Source: Nitrospirales bacterium (GTDB taxonomy: Bacteria; Nitrospirota; Nitrospiria; Nitrospirales; UBA8639). Taken from it: 64,000 nucleotides of DNA. Shown here one piece after another: positions 27,067 through 37,202 of this stretch. Each line of letters begins with the position of its first letter. Within the stretch, counting starts at the first letter, position 1. The position numbers and the translations under genes are program-made. The notes under the pieces are model-generated. The model saw nothing but the letters and a program-made list of their open reading frames with translations. It made no database searches and had not been told where the DNA came from. The DNA is taken from positions 1,280,001 to 1,344,000 of the forward strand of contig OY729426.1 in NCBI GenBank assembly GCA_963422365.1, written 5' to 3'.

Positions 27067-29754
27067 TTAATAACCGTATTTGTGTCTGCGCATTTCAAAG
27101 GCGGTTTTACCACCTTCTAAGATTTCCGCCGCTTGCTTTTGCACTTCCGGCTTATCAATTCCACCTTCTTCTTCAACCTTTCCTCCATTCTTATCGCTAT
27201 GCAATATCGCAATCAATTCAGCATCACCAAAAACCGGAATGTTGGCATTGTGAGTTGCGAAAATGAATTGTCGCTTGGTTTTGAATGTCCTCAAATCACG
27301 CACAATGCGATCAGCAATGAAGGCATTGTCCAGATGATCTTCCGGCTGATCAACAATCAGCGGATCATCACGATTTAACAAAAGCAGGTTAAGGATAGCG
27401 GTGCATTTCTGACCGGTGGAAAGATCATTTAGTGATTTATAATTTTCCTCTCCATCGTGGGCAATGTTCAGTTGAATCTCAATCTTATCCTTTAGCTCAA
27501 TCTCTTCCAATTCCAATCTTTTTTTCAAATCGAGACTCAATAATCTGCTTATAGTACTATTTTGTAATCCATCATTACCGTATCTATCGATAAAAGCCTG
27601 AACATTTTTTTCTTCTATCCATTCCGACCAAGCTGACAAATCCAAGTCAGTTATTCCATCCAGCCACCTTATTTTAGCTTCGCCTATACCTTCGATGCCG
27701 ATCAGGAAATCTTTCAGTGGTTGCAAAACACCTAAACGCTTCACGCGGAGCCTTACTTTCCCCTTCAGTTCATCCTGATTTAGCTTCTTAGCAGCCTTTT
27801 CCAAACCATCAAAACGCTCAAAGGCAGTATTGCGATATTCTTCCAAAAGCGTTTCTCTCTCTTTTTTAAGAGTTTCTATCAGCTTCTTTTGCGTCTCGTA
27901 TTCTGTCTTTTGCCTTTCTATGCGTGTCAGTTGCTTGATAATGTCGGTGTATTCTTGTCCTAACGTGCTACCTGTCTTTCCCGCTTGTTCAGGTAGCTGG
28001 GCTATTGCCTGCTGTAACTCGTCTTTGATTTTATCGACTTTATCATGCCAATCTTTTTCTAAACCGACATATTTGCCTTGGACATCTTCAAGATGTTGCC
28101 CAGCTTGTCGAACCAATCTATCCAATTGGTCTTTCAGAGCCTTAAACATCTTCTGCACTTCTACCAGAATAGTCTTGTTGGGCAAGGGATCAATCCTGAC
28201 ATCCTGCAAAAATTCCAGATCAAACACTTCTTCGTAGTTCCTGATCCATGTTTGAACCTGATCAAGCTGTTGTTGAATGTCTGCCTGGATACTGTTTTCT
28301 TTTTCCAAAAGTTTAGTATTTTTTAATTTCTCTTCTATGCCCAGCCTTTGAAATAGCGTTATCTCTTCTTTCAGTTTGAGTTCCTGTCGGACCGCATCAT
28401 TCAACCGCTCAAACTCTTCATCTGCCTTGATCCGTTTATCCCTGTTGATCGCCAGTTGGCGTTTGATCTCACGGAGATCTTTATCAAATCGGTGACTATC
28501 AGGTAAAAAACTGCTGATCAACGTCAGTTTGGCAGCATCGTCTTTTTCAATCTCCAGTATCTCGTTTTGCCCCAACAACTCAACTGCAGGCAGAATATGT
28601 TGAGGGGTGAGATGAGAAAGCTCTCCCTGCTCATTTTTTACTTGCGCTTGCTCACCGAACCGCTTGCTGATCGTGTAACGCTGACCCGATTGTGCCTTTG
28701 ATGTGACGCTTAGGGTGATCTTTGAATCACCGAGGTTTTTTTTACGAAACGCGTCCAATGTGTTGCTATCTTGCCCCCGTACAGGCATATCCAAGACGTA
28801 ACGTATACCCTCAATCAAGGTAGATTTTCCAGTACCGCGACCACCGATAACAGCGTTCAAATGTTTAGAGAAAGACAGCTTGCCTTCTGTAAAAAACCCG
28901 GCACCTTGCCACTGGATGGACTCAATGACCGAATAAGGCGTCTCTGGAATATCGTGATTCAGCCGGATGCGGGACTCAGGATCATGGAACGCCTGTTTGA
29001 AAGCCTCGAATGTAGGCTCTGTCATTTTCACCAGACAGGAAGCAGAAGGGTCTGATAGCGTTTTCGGTTCATCTATATCCTTGGCGTTGATAACAACAAG
29101 AGGTTTTTTTCTTTTATAGTCAGGGTTTATATTTTCAATGATCTCCCTGTATTTTTTTAAGTCCTCTTGTTCTACCAACAAGTCTTTTATCCTGCCCGGG
29201 ATCTGTCCGGCCACGACTAATTCCTCTTTTTTCCACAGATGAACATAGTTTCCACCACTGCCATCCAGCTTTAGCAGGCCATTTGTTCCGGTCATGTGTG
29301 CGGCGTACCAAAAACCTCCTTGCTCATTGCTCACCTTGTCTGCGATTTGTTCACAGCTTAATGAAGATGGATGGGTTGGTTCTTGATCGAGTTCGGCGCT
29401 GTTTTCTCCCATCAACTGCCCAAGATGCTGATTGAGTGTTGCCAGGGAACGATCATCAGGGTAGAGACAGACCATGTGAATTTTTTCAGAACTGGCAATC
29501 TCAAATCCTGGAAACACGGTGACGCCGTTCTGTTGCAAAAGATTTCGTAACCCTTCTGAGTCTTCAACTTTTCCATGATCCGAAAGACCTACAACCTCGA
29601 TATGATTGTCCCGGCACTGCTGCAAAATTTGTTGGTTGTACTCCACTTCTTTTGTGGGTGCCACTCCTTGATACCCAGCGGCATAGCTAAAGGGATTCAC
29701 CTGCAGGGCGCACTTGTAAAAACGCGCTCCTTGATATTGAATGTCGGTGCTCAT
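27067..29754 (-). CDS. PHP-like domain plus SMC/ABC-type ATPase (TrlF/Ppl-like defence protein)
   Basis: KCALQVNP, LSDH, PGFEI, AAH; Walker A GGRGTGKS; long coiled coil; LSTGQ, IVDQPED, ATHN; visibly AT-richer DNA. Confidence 0.85.
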   Translation of the reverse strand: MSTDIQYQGARFYKCALQVNPFSYAAGYQGVAPTKEVEYNQQILQQCRDNHIEVVGLSDHGKVEDSEGLRNLLQQNGVTVFPGFEIASSEKIHMVCLYPDDRSLATLNQHLGQLMGENSAELDQEPTHPSSLSCEQIADKVSNEQGGFWYAAHMTGTNGLLKLDGSGGNYVHLWKKEELVVAGQIPGRIKDLLVEQEDLKKYREIIENINPDYKRKKPLVVINAKDIDEPKTLSDPSASCLVKMTEPTFEAFKQAFHDPESRIRLNHDIPETPYSVIESIQWQGAGFFTEGKLSFSKHLNAVIGGRGTGKSTLIEGIRYVLDMPVRGQDSNTLDAFRKKNLGDSKITLSVTSKAQSGQRYTISKRFGEQAQVKNEQGELSHLTPQHILPAVELLGQNEILEIEKDDAAKLTLISSFLPDSHRFDKDLREIKRQLAINRDKRIKADEEFERLNDAVRQELKLKEEITLFQRLGIEEKLKNTKLLEKENSIQADIQQQLDQVQTWIRNYEEVFDLEFLQDVRIDPLPNKTILVEVQKMFKALKDQLDRLVRQAGQHLEDVQGKYVGLEKDWHDKVDKIKDELQQAIAQLPEQAGKTGSTLGQEYTDIIKQLTRIERQKTEYETQKKLIETLKKERETLLEEYRNTAFERFDGLEKAAKKLNQDELKGKVRLRVKRLGVLQPLKDFLIGIEGIGEAKIRWLDGITDLDLSAWSEWIEEKNVQAFIDRYGNDGLQNSTISRLLSLDLKKRLELEEIELKDKIEIQLNIAHDGEENYKSLNDLSTGQKCTAILNLLLLNRDDPLIVDQPEDHLDNAFIADRIVRDLRTFKTKRQFIFATHNANIPVFGDAELIAILHSDKNGGKVEEEGGIDKPEVQKQAAEILEGGKTAFEMRRHKYGY

Positions 29755-29776
29755 AGACTCATCTCCATCACCGAGG

Positions 29777-31729
29777 TCAGCAACATTTTCCTGCCGGGAG
29801 CCGAATGCCTTCGCCATCGACAATTTCCGTAGTGGTAGAGGGCTGTTTCAGGATCAGGTACCGGTACCATTTTATCGCGCTCTCGGTCAGGACAATGAGC
29901 GCCAATACGGCGACCAGCCCAACCAGTGCCGCATTCAGCGTCATCGTGATGCGCACCACCGAGTCCGAGGCGGTTCGTGCCTGATCCAGAAAGATCCACC
30001 ACAGGTCATAGCAGCCCGTTAAGGTGATGATGCCTACGAACATCATCGGCACGGCCGTCACCCAGAGGTAGCGGGCCTTGCCCATTTTGATGAAAAGGGT
30101 CGTGCCGATACATAACGCCAGGGTCCCCAATAACTGATTGGCGGTTCCGAACATGGGCCAGATCGTAGAGATCGTTCCCGTGGCGATTAACCAGCCCCAC
30201 GCCCCGACCACGAGTGCGCTTGAACCTATGACGCCGGGCCACCAATTGATTCGACGAAGCGGAGCATAGACGCGTCCGCCCATTTCTTGCACGAGGTAGC
30301 GAGCCACGCGAGTGCCCGCGTCGATGGTCGTTAAGATAAACAGCGCTTCAAACAGGAGTGCGAATTGATACCAATAGGCCATGAGCCCGGCCATCCCGGG
30401 CAGGGCGGAAAAAATCCAGGCCATCCCGACGGCCAACGACACCGCGCCTCCCGGACGGCCGGAGACGTCCACTTCGACTAGTCGCGAGAGTTCATGAATG
30501 TTTGCAACGGGAAACCCCGTGGCCGCAAGTGCATCGGCCGAGAGGCGCGTATTAATCGCAAAATAATCGCCCGGGATGAGCAGGGCCGCCGCGATCAACG
30601 CGACCACCCCGACAAAGCTTTCCAATAACATGGCTCCATAGCCCACCATGGCCTGAGATTCGCGGGCAATCATTTTCGGCGTGGTTCCCGATGACACGAG
30701 AGAATGGAATCCTGAGATGGCGCCGCATGCGATGGTGATAAACAAAAAGGGAAAGAGGGGGCCGGGGATAATCGGGCCTCCTCCGGCGATAAATCCCGTG
30801 ACCCTGGGCATGTGCAGGTCAGGGGCCAAAACAATCACGCCGATTGCCAGCAACGCAATGACCCCGAGTTTCATGAACGTCGAGAGGTAGTCTCTTGGAA
30901 CCAACAGCATCCACATCGGGAGCACCGAAGCAAGCAATCCGTATCCGGCTAACAGCCAGACTAACGTGGTCCGGTCGTGGGAAAACCATATCGCAAGGTC
31001 CGACTGCGCGACGACTTGGCCTAAGGCAACGGAAAGGAAAAGAAGCATGATGCCCATGAGGGACATTTCTCCAATGCGCCCGGGCCGAATGTGATGATGA
31101 TACCATCCCATGAGAAAGGCGATGGGGATGGTCATGGCAATTGTAAACGTGCCCCAAGGATTGGCAACGAGCGCGTTGACCACGGCCAGCCCTAGGCCGG
31201 CCAAGGCGACAATTACGATAAATAACACGGCCACGGCCGTGGCCGTGCCGGTGACCCACCCGATCTCTGCGCGTGCGATTTCCGGGAGGGAGCGGCCATT
31301 GCGACGCAACGATCCGACCAGAATGACAAAATCCTGTACCGCGCCGGCCATCACGGCCCCGATCACAATCCAGAGAAACCCCGGCAAAAACCCGAACTGT
31401 GCCGCCAACACTGGACCCAATAATGGCCCGGCGCCGGCAATGGCGGCGAAATGGTGTCCGAAGAGCACGTATTTGTTCGCGGGATAATAATTGGTGCCGT
31501 CCTGGAGTCGAAAGGCGGGGGTCAGGCGCTCATTATCTAATTGCATGACTCGGCGGCCTAAAAACCCACCGTAAAACCGATAGGCCAGCACATAAAAGCA
31601 GCCGGCTGCCGTCACTAACCAGAGCCCATTGACGTTTTCTTCAGGGTTCAAAAGTCCGGTGACAAAGCCGAAGGAAACGGCGCACAGGATGGAGACGAGA
31701 ATCCATGCGGTAGTTCTCACCGTCTTCAT
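29777..31729 (-). CDS. cstA: carbon starvation protein A (peptide/pyruvate transporter)
   Basis: LFGHHFAAIAGAGPLLGP, PRDYLST, IACGAISGFHSL, TTIDAGTR, WPMFG..NQLL. Confidence 0.95.
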   Translation of the reverse strand: MKTVRTTAWILVSILCAVSFGFVTGLLNPEENVNGLWLVTAAGCFYVLAYRFYGGFLGRRVMQLDNERLTPAFRLQDGTNYYPANKYVLFGHHFAAIAGAGPLLGPVLAAQFGFLPGFLWIVIGAVMAGAVQDFVILVGSLRRNGRSLPEIARAEIGWVTGTATAVAVLFIVIVALAGLGLAVVNALVANPWGTFTIAMTIPIAFLMGWYHHHIRPGRIGEMSLMGIMLLFLSVALGQVVAQSDLAIWFSHDRTTLVWLLAGYGLLASVLPMWMLLVPRDYLSTFMKLGVIALLAIGVIVLAPDLHMPRVTGFIAGGGPIIPGPLFPFLFITIACGAISGFHSLVSSGTTPKMIARESQAMVGYGAMLLESFVGVVALIAAALLIPGDYFAINTRLSADALAATGFPVANIHELSRLVEVDVSGRPGGAVSLAVGMAWIFSALPGMAGLMAYWYQFALLFEALFILTTIDAGTRVARYLVQEMGGRVYAPLRRINWWPGVIGSSALVVGAWGWLIATGTISTIWPMFGTANQLLGTLALCIGTTLFIKMGKARYLWVTAVPMMFVGIITLTGCYDLWWIFLDQARTASDSVVRITMTLNAALVGLVAVLALIVLTESAIKWYRYLILKQPSTTTEIVDGEGIRLPAGKCC

Positions 31730-31756
31730 GGTGCTTCAGGAAGATGACTCCGTGGA

Positions 31757-32191
31757 TTAGGCCGGCTGCGAAAACGAGGGCTTGCCGAATTTTCGTCGAA
31801 TGGCATTCATGGCTTGGAAGACCAGGGGTTTCGTGAGAAGCCAATGCTCGATCGAGCGTTTGCCGGGAAAATCGAGTAAGGATACTCCAATGACCATGGT
31901 GAGTAAACCTTGGCCCGGGAGGACGAGCATAGCAATCCCTGCCAAGAGAAAGACGAGGCCGACCGTGTTTTTGACGGCCATGCCGACGTAGCGCAGAATC
32001 TGATGGTATCCGGCCATCCACACGCGTGCTTCATCGTGCAGAAAATACTCCACAGGCAGACGGATGATGATGACGGGAATCAACAAGATGGTCCCGAAAA
32101 ACATCAGGACCGAGATGATGGTCATCCCAATGAGGGCCCCTTCGGGGATCAAGGGGATCAGTTCGTTGTAGAAAGTCTGAACGGCGTGCAT
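31757..32191 (-). CDS. PGPGW-like transmembrane protein
   Basis: KNTVG..FLLAGIAMLVLPGQGLLT...DFPGKR. Confidence 0.75.
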   Translation of the reverse strand: MHAVQTFYNELIPLIPEGALIGMTIISVLMFFGTILLIPVIIIRLPVEYFLHDEARVWMAGYHQILRYVGMAVKNTVGLVFLLAGIAMLVLPGQGLLTMVIGVSLLDFPGKRSIEHWLLTKPLVFQAMNAIRRKFGKPSFSQPA

Positions 32192-32280
32192 CTGTGCTCC
32201 CTCTGCATTTCAAGGGGACATAACACGTTCGAGGCGATTCGACAAGCCTCTGCATTGGGGGTCTGCCGTTCCAGAATCGG

Positions 32281-32365
32281 TGCCATGAGGCATGGCCTGG
32301 CCTCCGAGCGGGGATGGCGCAGCTAGAAAAGAAAGAGAAACGGGCGGGATGCGATCCCGTCCTAC
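32281..32365. repeat. REP element(s)
   Basis: GCCATGAGGCATGGC and GGGCGGGATGCGATCCCGTCCTAC. Confidence 0.7.
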
Positions 32366-32451
32366 AAAGAGAGGAGCCCATTGAATGGTCGTTGCCGGAC
32401 AAGATAGGATGCCAATTTTTGTCCGTTCATCGAAGAGCGGAGGCCTAGGCT

Positions 32452-32919
32452 ATGCCAAATTATTGGTTGCTCAAATCAGAACCTTCGATGTTTTCCATTG
32501 AGGATCTGGCGCGCGCGCGTGAACAGATGACTTGCTGGGAAGGCGTGAGAAATTATCAGGCGCGGAACTTTCTGCGAACCATGGCCGTCGGAGATTTAGC
32601 TTTTTTTTATCATAGCCATACCGATCGTCGGGCGATTGTGGGCATTGTCGAGGTCGTCAAAGCCGCGTACCCCGATTATTTTGCCTGGCGGCCCGACAGT
32701 CATTATTTCGACGAAAAAAGTTCAAAGCAGAATTCGCGATGGGTGATGGTTGATGTCCGATTGAAAGCGGCATTCGCAGCGCCGCTTTCTTTGGAAAGCC
32801 TTAGAGGGGTGAAAGGGCTTAAAAAGATGGAACTGCTCCGAAAGGGCTCTCGTCTTTCCGTTCAACCGGTTCGCGCAAACGAGTGGAAGATTATTCTGCG
32901 GTTGTCGCAGACAAAATGA
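32452..32919 (+). CDS. EVE domain protein
   Basis: YWLLKSEP..FSI.DL, WEGVRNYQARN, FFYHS, RLSVQPV. Confidence 0.93.
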   Translation: MPNYWLLKSEPSMFSIEDLARAREQMTCWEGVRNYQARNFLRTMAVGDLAFFYHSHTDRRAIVGIVEVVKAAYPDYFAWRPDSHYFDEKSSKQNSRWVMVDVRLKAAFAAPLSLESLRGVKGLKKMELLRKGSRLSVQPVRANEWKIILRLSQTK

Positions 32920-33009
32920 CGGCTCAGCATGACAGAAGAAAAAGCTCGGAATGCCCACGGGAAGAAGGACAGCAGGGGCGTTCCATCTTGTTGCTGTGAG
33001 GGAGCGTGG

Positions 33010-33294
33010 TTATTGTTCTTGTTGCCGTGGGAAGACTTGGCCAAAAGGATGGACTTCGATTCGTTCAAACACTCCATGGATTAAATAGGGATCACCATTG
33101 GTAATGCTTTCGGCCTGCTCCATGGTGTCCGCCTCGATGATGACCAGACTGCCGGCCTTATCCGTAAAGGGTCCGGCACAGACCAATTGCCCCTGCTTCT
33201 GTAGGCGTTCAAGATGTTCGAGGTGGGCCGGTCTATAGCGCAGACGCTTGCTCTGTCCTTCGGGACCATCCCATCCAATAATCACATAGGTCAT
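33010..33294 (-). CDS. YciI-family protein
   Basis: R..RPAHL..L, AGP, GSL, DPY...GVF. Confidence 0.88.
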   Translation of the reverse strand: MTYVIIGWDGPEGQSKRLRYRPAHLEHLERLQKQGQLVCAGPFTDKAGSLVIIEADTMEQAESITNGDPYLIHGVFERIEVHPFGQVFPRQQEQ

Positions 33295-33317
33295 AGTCGC
33301 GACCTTCCCGTTCAAGA

Positions 33318-33343
33318 GGGGCCGCATAAGATGCGGCCCCTAC
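33318..33343. repeat. REP element (last copy I found in the window)
   Basis: GGGGCCGCATAAGATGCGGCCCCTAC. Confidence 0.8.
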
Positions 33344-33390
33344 AAATTATGGATTGCGAAAGGAGTCAACCGGCTCCGGGCTGTTGCTGC

Positions 33391-33807
33391 TCACGCTGTG
33401 CCTTTGGGCAGGGATTGTCGGCTTTTGTACCCGTCATCGATTTCATGCCACCATTCGATGGTTTCTTCGCCGAGCCTCCAGCATAAATAGACCACTCGTC
33501 CTTCCAGAAGATAGGGGAAGTCGCATAAGCCCATTTCCAGATCTTTGACAATCACTCCCATTTCATGGATGCTAGTCATGTTCTCATAAATCGTTTCGAG
33601 TGCTTTGATGTATCGAGGACCCTCACAACTTCCTCCTCCATACTGAGCGTTGGCGCTCGCTTTTTTGATTTCTTCTTTTGTTTGCACCAAGATCGTTTTG
33701 CCGGCTTTGGCTTTGGTCAGGTGCGTCGCCAGTTGGGGAATCAGCTCTGTCGCCTCGGAAAAGGAAAAAATTCGTCCATGGGAGAAAGGTTCTTCGTTCC
33801 TGGCCAT
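33391..33807 (-). CDS. DUF2203-family protein
   Basis: FS..EA..LIP, G..VKDLE.GLCDFP, VYLCWRLGE..I.WWH...GY..R. Confidence 0.85.
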   Translation of the reverse strand: MARNEEPFSHGRIFSFSEATELIPQLATHLTKAKAGKTILVQTKEEIKKASANAQYGGGSCEGPRYIKALETIYENMTSIHEMGVIVKDLEMGLCDFPYLLEGRVVYLCWRLGEETIEWWHEIDDGYKSRQSLPKGTA

Positions 33808-33920
33808 TTTCGCGTCGGTGCCGTCGGGCTACATTTTCAGTTGAGAAGTCTTCCCGCGCCTCCGTTTCATTTATCACAATGATCGTGGCATCGCAAACAA
33901 TCAATGGTTGAAAGAAACTA

Positions 33921-33948
33921 TTGACAATAAGCCGGTTCATGTTATACA
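33921..33948 (+). promoter_or_regulatory. putative sigma70 promoter for rho
   Basis: TTGACA-16 nt-TATACA. Confidence 0.45.
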
Positions 33949-34452
33949 AAACTATTATTCCTTCCAGATTGAAGAGGCAGTTACTTCTTCCTACGTGAGT
34001 TTTCAAGTCCCAAAATTGTCAATCTAGTTTTTACGTAACCAGAAACGCCTGCACTCTTCTGTCCAAAAACATGGTGAAGAAGGTTCCGTCATCGGATGCA
34101 TTGGTGGATTTGTGGAATTGTCTCAACATCTGTCCCAAGCAAAAGAAGGATAGATGTTTCACTACGTATTCTGTGTGAATAGTTTGCGAACCCGTCGGTA
34201 TCCAGTAAGACAAAGTTTGGCTCGTTGTAAAAGTCTGACGCCGGCAGGGAAAAATTTTTTAACCACCCGCTTCATTCATGCCTCATCAGTTGACCGGCTT
34301 GGGCCTTGTCAGCCAGCGGTCCAACCCGATGAAGGATGAAAAAATGGAGACAAGGAGAGGTGATTGTCCGTTGCTTCAGGCTAGATGTGCCGAAAGGCTG
34401 ACAATGGTTTTAAGCCTCTCAGTTCCATGACCACCCACCGTAGGAGAACGAG

Positions 34453-35703
34453 ATGCATCTCGCGGAATTAAAACAAAAAACCATTGGCGACCTCGCGGAC
34501 TTGGCCCGTTCATTAAAGATTGAAGGGTCCGCAAACCTGAGAAAACAAGAACTGATCTTTTCCATCTTGCAGGGGCAGGCAGAGAAGAACGGAGTCATTT
34601 TTGGAGAAGGGGTTCTGGAAACCTTGTCCGATGGCTTCGGGTTTTTGCGTGCTCCGGACTCAAACTATTTTCCCGGTCCGGATGATATTTATATTTCACC
34701 TTCTCAAATCCGTCGTTTTGGCCTGCGAACGGGCGACATTATATCCGGTCAGGTTCGACCGCCCAAAGGCGGGGAGCGGTATTTTGCCTTACTAAAGGTT
34801 GAAAAAATTAATTATGACGAACCGGAAATTCAGCGCGACAAAATTTTGTTCGACAACCTGACCCCACTCTATCCTGAGGAACGCCTGACCCTGGAGTTTG
34901 ATCAAGAGGAGTACTGCACGCGGGTGATGGAACTGACCACGCCCATCGGGAAGGGACAACGCGGGCTCATTGTGGCTGCCCCGCGAACGGGAAAAACCAT
35001 GCTGCTGCAAGCCATTGCCCGGGCTGTTTTGCACAACCACCCGGAGATCTTGCTCATCGTCTTACTCATTGACGAACGCCCGGAAGAAGTCACGGATTGG
35101 CAGCGCCAAGTCAAAAGTGCTGAGGTGATCAGCTCCACGTTCGATGAACCGGCGCAGCGGCATGCGCAAGTGGCCGAGATCGTGATGGAAAAGGCGAAGC
35201 GATTGGTTGAGCATAAACGCGACGTGGTGATCTTGCTGGACAGTGTGACCCGGTTGGCTCGAGCCTACAATACGATTGCGCCTCCGAGTGGAAAGGTTCT
35301 GTCCGGCGGGCTGGATTCCAATGCGCTGCAACGGCCCAAACGGTTTTTTGGTTCGGCTCGAAACATCGAGGATGGTGGGAGCCTCACGATTCTGGCCACG
35401 GCGCTCGTGGATACGGGCAGTCGCATGGACGATGTGATCTTTGAAGAATTTAAAGGCACGGGGAATATGGAGGTCCATTTGGATCGCCGATTGGCGGACA
35501 AGCGAATCTTCCCGGCCATTGATATTAGTCAATCAGGGACTCGGAAAGAAGAGTTGTTGGTTGATCGGGACCGGCTGAACAAAATGTGGGTGTTACGCAA
35601 GGTGTTAAGCCCCTTGGGGACGATGGAGGCCATGGAGTTTCTTATGGATAAGATCGCCGGGACCAAGGATAATCAAGACTTTCTCCAGTCGATGAATCGT
35701 TAA
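34453..35703 (+). CDS. rho: transcription termination factor Rho
   Basis: [52 protein letters not shown]. Confidence 0.98.
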   Translation: MHLAELKQKTIGDLADLARSLKIEGSANLRKQELIFSILQGQAEKNGVIFGEGVLETLSDGFGFLRAPDSNYFPGPDDIYISPSQIRRFGLRTGDIISGQVRPPKGGERYFALLKVEKINYDEPEIQRDKILFDNLTPLYPEERLTLEFDQEEYCTRVMELTTPIGKGQRGLIVAAPRTGKTMLLQAIARAVLHNHPEILLIVLLIDERPEEVTDWQRQVKSAEVISSTFDEPAQRHAQVAEIVMEKAKRLVEHKRDVVILLDSVTRLARAYNTIAPPSGKVLSGGLDSNALQRPKRFFGSARNIEDGGSLTILATALVDTGSRMDDVIFEEFKGTGNMEVHLDRRLADKRIFPAIDISQSGTRKEELLVDRDRLNKMWVLRKVLSPLGTMEAMEFLMDKIAGTKDNQDFLQSMNR

Positions 35704-35787
35704 CAACCCCGTCTTTGCCAACATCCGGTCTTCCATGTTACATAGAGGGCTTGAAACAGTCGTTCGATCGTAGGGAGAATTGACATC

Positions 35788-35997
35788 ATGAAAGCAGGCA
35801 TTCATCCTGAATACTCTGAGGCAACGGTCAGTTGCGCATGCGGCATGAAATTCCAAACCCGTTCGACCGTGGGCGATATAAAGGTGGACATTTGTTCTGC
35901 CTGTCATCCCTTCTTTACCGGCACGCAGAAAATCGTTGACACCGAAGGACGCGTGGAACGATTTAAGAAAAAATACGCTAAAAAGTCTCAAGCCTAG
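35788..35997 (+). CDS. rpmE: 50S ribosomal protein L31 (Zn-binding type)
   Basis: [23 protein letters not shown]. Confidence 0.97.
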   Translation: MKAGIHPEYSEATVSCACGMKFQTRSTVGDIKVDICSACHPFFTGTQKIVDTEGRVERFKKKYAKKSQA

Positions 35998-36072
35998 CCT
36001 ACCAGGTCAACGCGATCTCGCGCTCCTCGATTTTCTCGGATACGTTCTTCCAATTGTAGAAAGTCACGTTCT

Positions 36073-37200
36073 ATGTACGACGACAAGATAGAGAACCGCC
36101 AGTTTGAGGGATGGCTTCCCCAATGGGAAGCTGTGGCGCACCGCTACGACGAGTTGACCCATCGCTTGGCTGATCCGACGGTCCTCAGCCAGCTGCCCCT
36201 GGTGATTGCGTATAACAAGGAGCGGGCTGACATTGAAGAAGTCAGTCGGCTGTTTTCAGACTATCAGCGCCTGATCCGGGAAATCGCCAATACCGCACGG
36301 ATGCTCGATGACACGCAATTGGATCCCGAACTCAGGTCGTTGGCGGCCGATGAATTAGGGATATTACAAGAGCAACGTGCGCAAGTTGAGGAACATGCGC
36401 TGCAACTCTTGCATCCCCGAAACGCCGAGGACGACAAAAATTCATTCGTCGAAATACGAGCCGGAACCGGCGGCGAAGAGGCCGGATTGTTCGCCGGTGA
36501 GTTGTTGCGCATGTATCTGCGATACGCGGAAAACCATGGGTTGCGGGTGCAGATGATTGATTCCAACGAGACGGGCATCGGCGGGGTCAAGGAAGCCATT
36601 TTTTTGGTTGAAGGCAAAGGAGCGTACGGCGCCTTTCGTTATGAGAGCGGGGTGCACCGTGTCCAGAGAGTCCCGAGCACGGAGGCGAGCGGACGCATTC
36701 ACACGTCTGCGGCGACCGTGGCGGTGATGCCTGAGGTCGAAGACGTCGACGTGCATCTCGATTCGAGCGATCTTCGCATCGACACGTTCTGTTCCTCGGG
36801 CGCGGGCGGACAGAGTGTCAATACCACCTACTCGGCTGTCCGCATTACCCATATTCCCACCGGCATGGTGGTGACCTGTCAAGATGAACGGTCGCAACTC
36901 AAGAATCGGGAAAAAGCCATGCGGACCCTGCGAACCCGCATCGGCGACGCCGAACGTGAAAAACAAGAAGCCTCAATTGCCGAGCATCGTCGTTCTCAAG
37001 TCGGCACGGGCGAGCGAAGTGAAAAGATTCGTACCTACAATTACCCACAGAATCGAGTCACGGATCATCGGATAGGGCTGAGTTTGTATAAGCTGGGCTC
37101 GATCCTCGATGGGGATCTTCAGGAATTGGTGAAATCGTTGAACGATGCTCGTGAGCCGGAAAGCAGTGGGGCTGAAATCGCGTCCAACAAGCAGACCTGA
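36073..37200 (+). CDS. prfA: peptide chain release factor 1
   Basis: GTGGEEA, ESGVHRVQRVPST, GGQ, RTYNYPQ. Confidence 0.97.
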   Translation: MYDDKIENRQFEGWLPQWEAVAHRYDELTHRLADPTVLSQLPLVIAYNKERADIEEVSRLFSDYQRLIREIANTARMLDDTQLDPELRSLAADELGILQEQRAQVEEHALQLLHPRNAEDDKNSFVEIRAGTGGEEAGLFAGELLRMYLRYAENHGLRVQMIDSNETGIGGVKEAIFLVEGKGAYGAFRYESGVHRVQRVPSTEASGRIHTSAATVAVMPEVEDVDVHLDSSDLRIDTFCSSGAGGQSVNTTYSAVRITHIPTGMVVTCQDERSQLKNREKAMRTLRTRIGDAEREKQEASIAEHRRSQVGTGERSEKIRTYNYPQNRVTDHRIGLSLYKLGSILDGDLQELVKSLNDAREPESSGAEIASNKQT

Positions 37201-37202
37201 CC

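Noticed and set aside
29755..29823. PHP-ATPase start at 29823 overlapping cstA
   Set aside because: ATG 29754 has a GGAG RBS and avoids the overlap.
32452..32919. EVE protein as modification-dependent restriction component
   Set aside because: Stand-alone EVE with no nuclease fusion or partner, in a housekeeping context.
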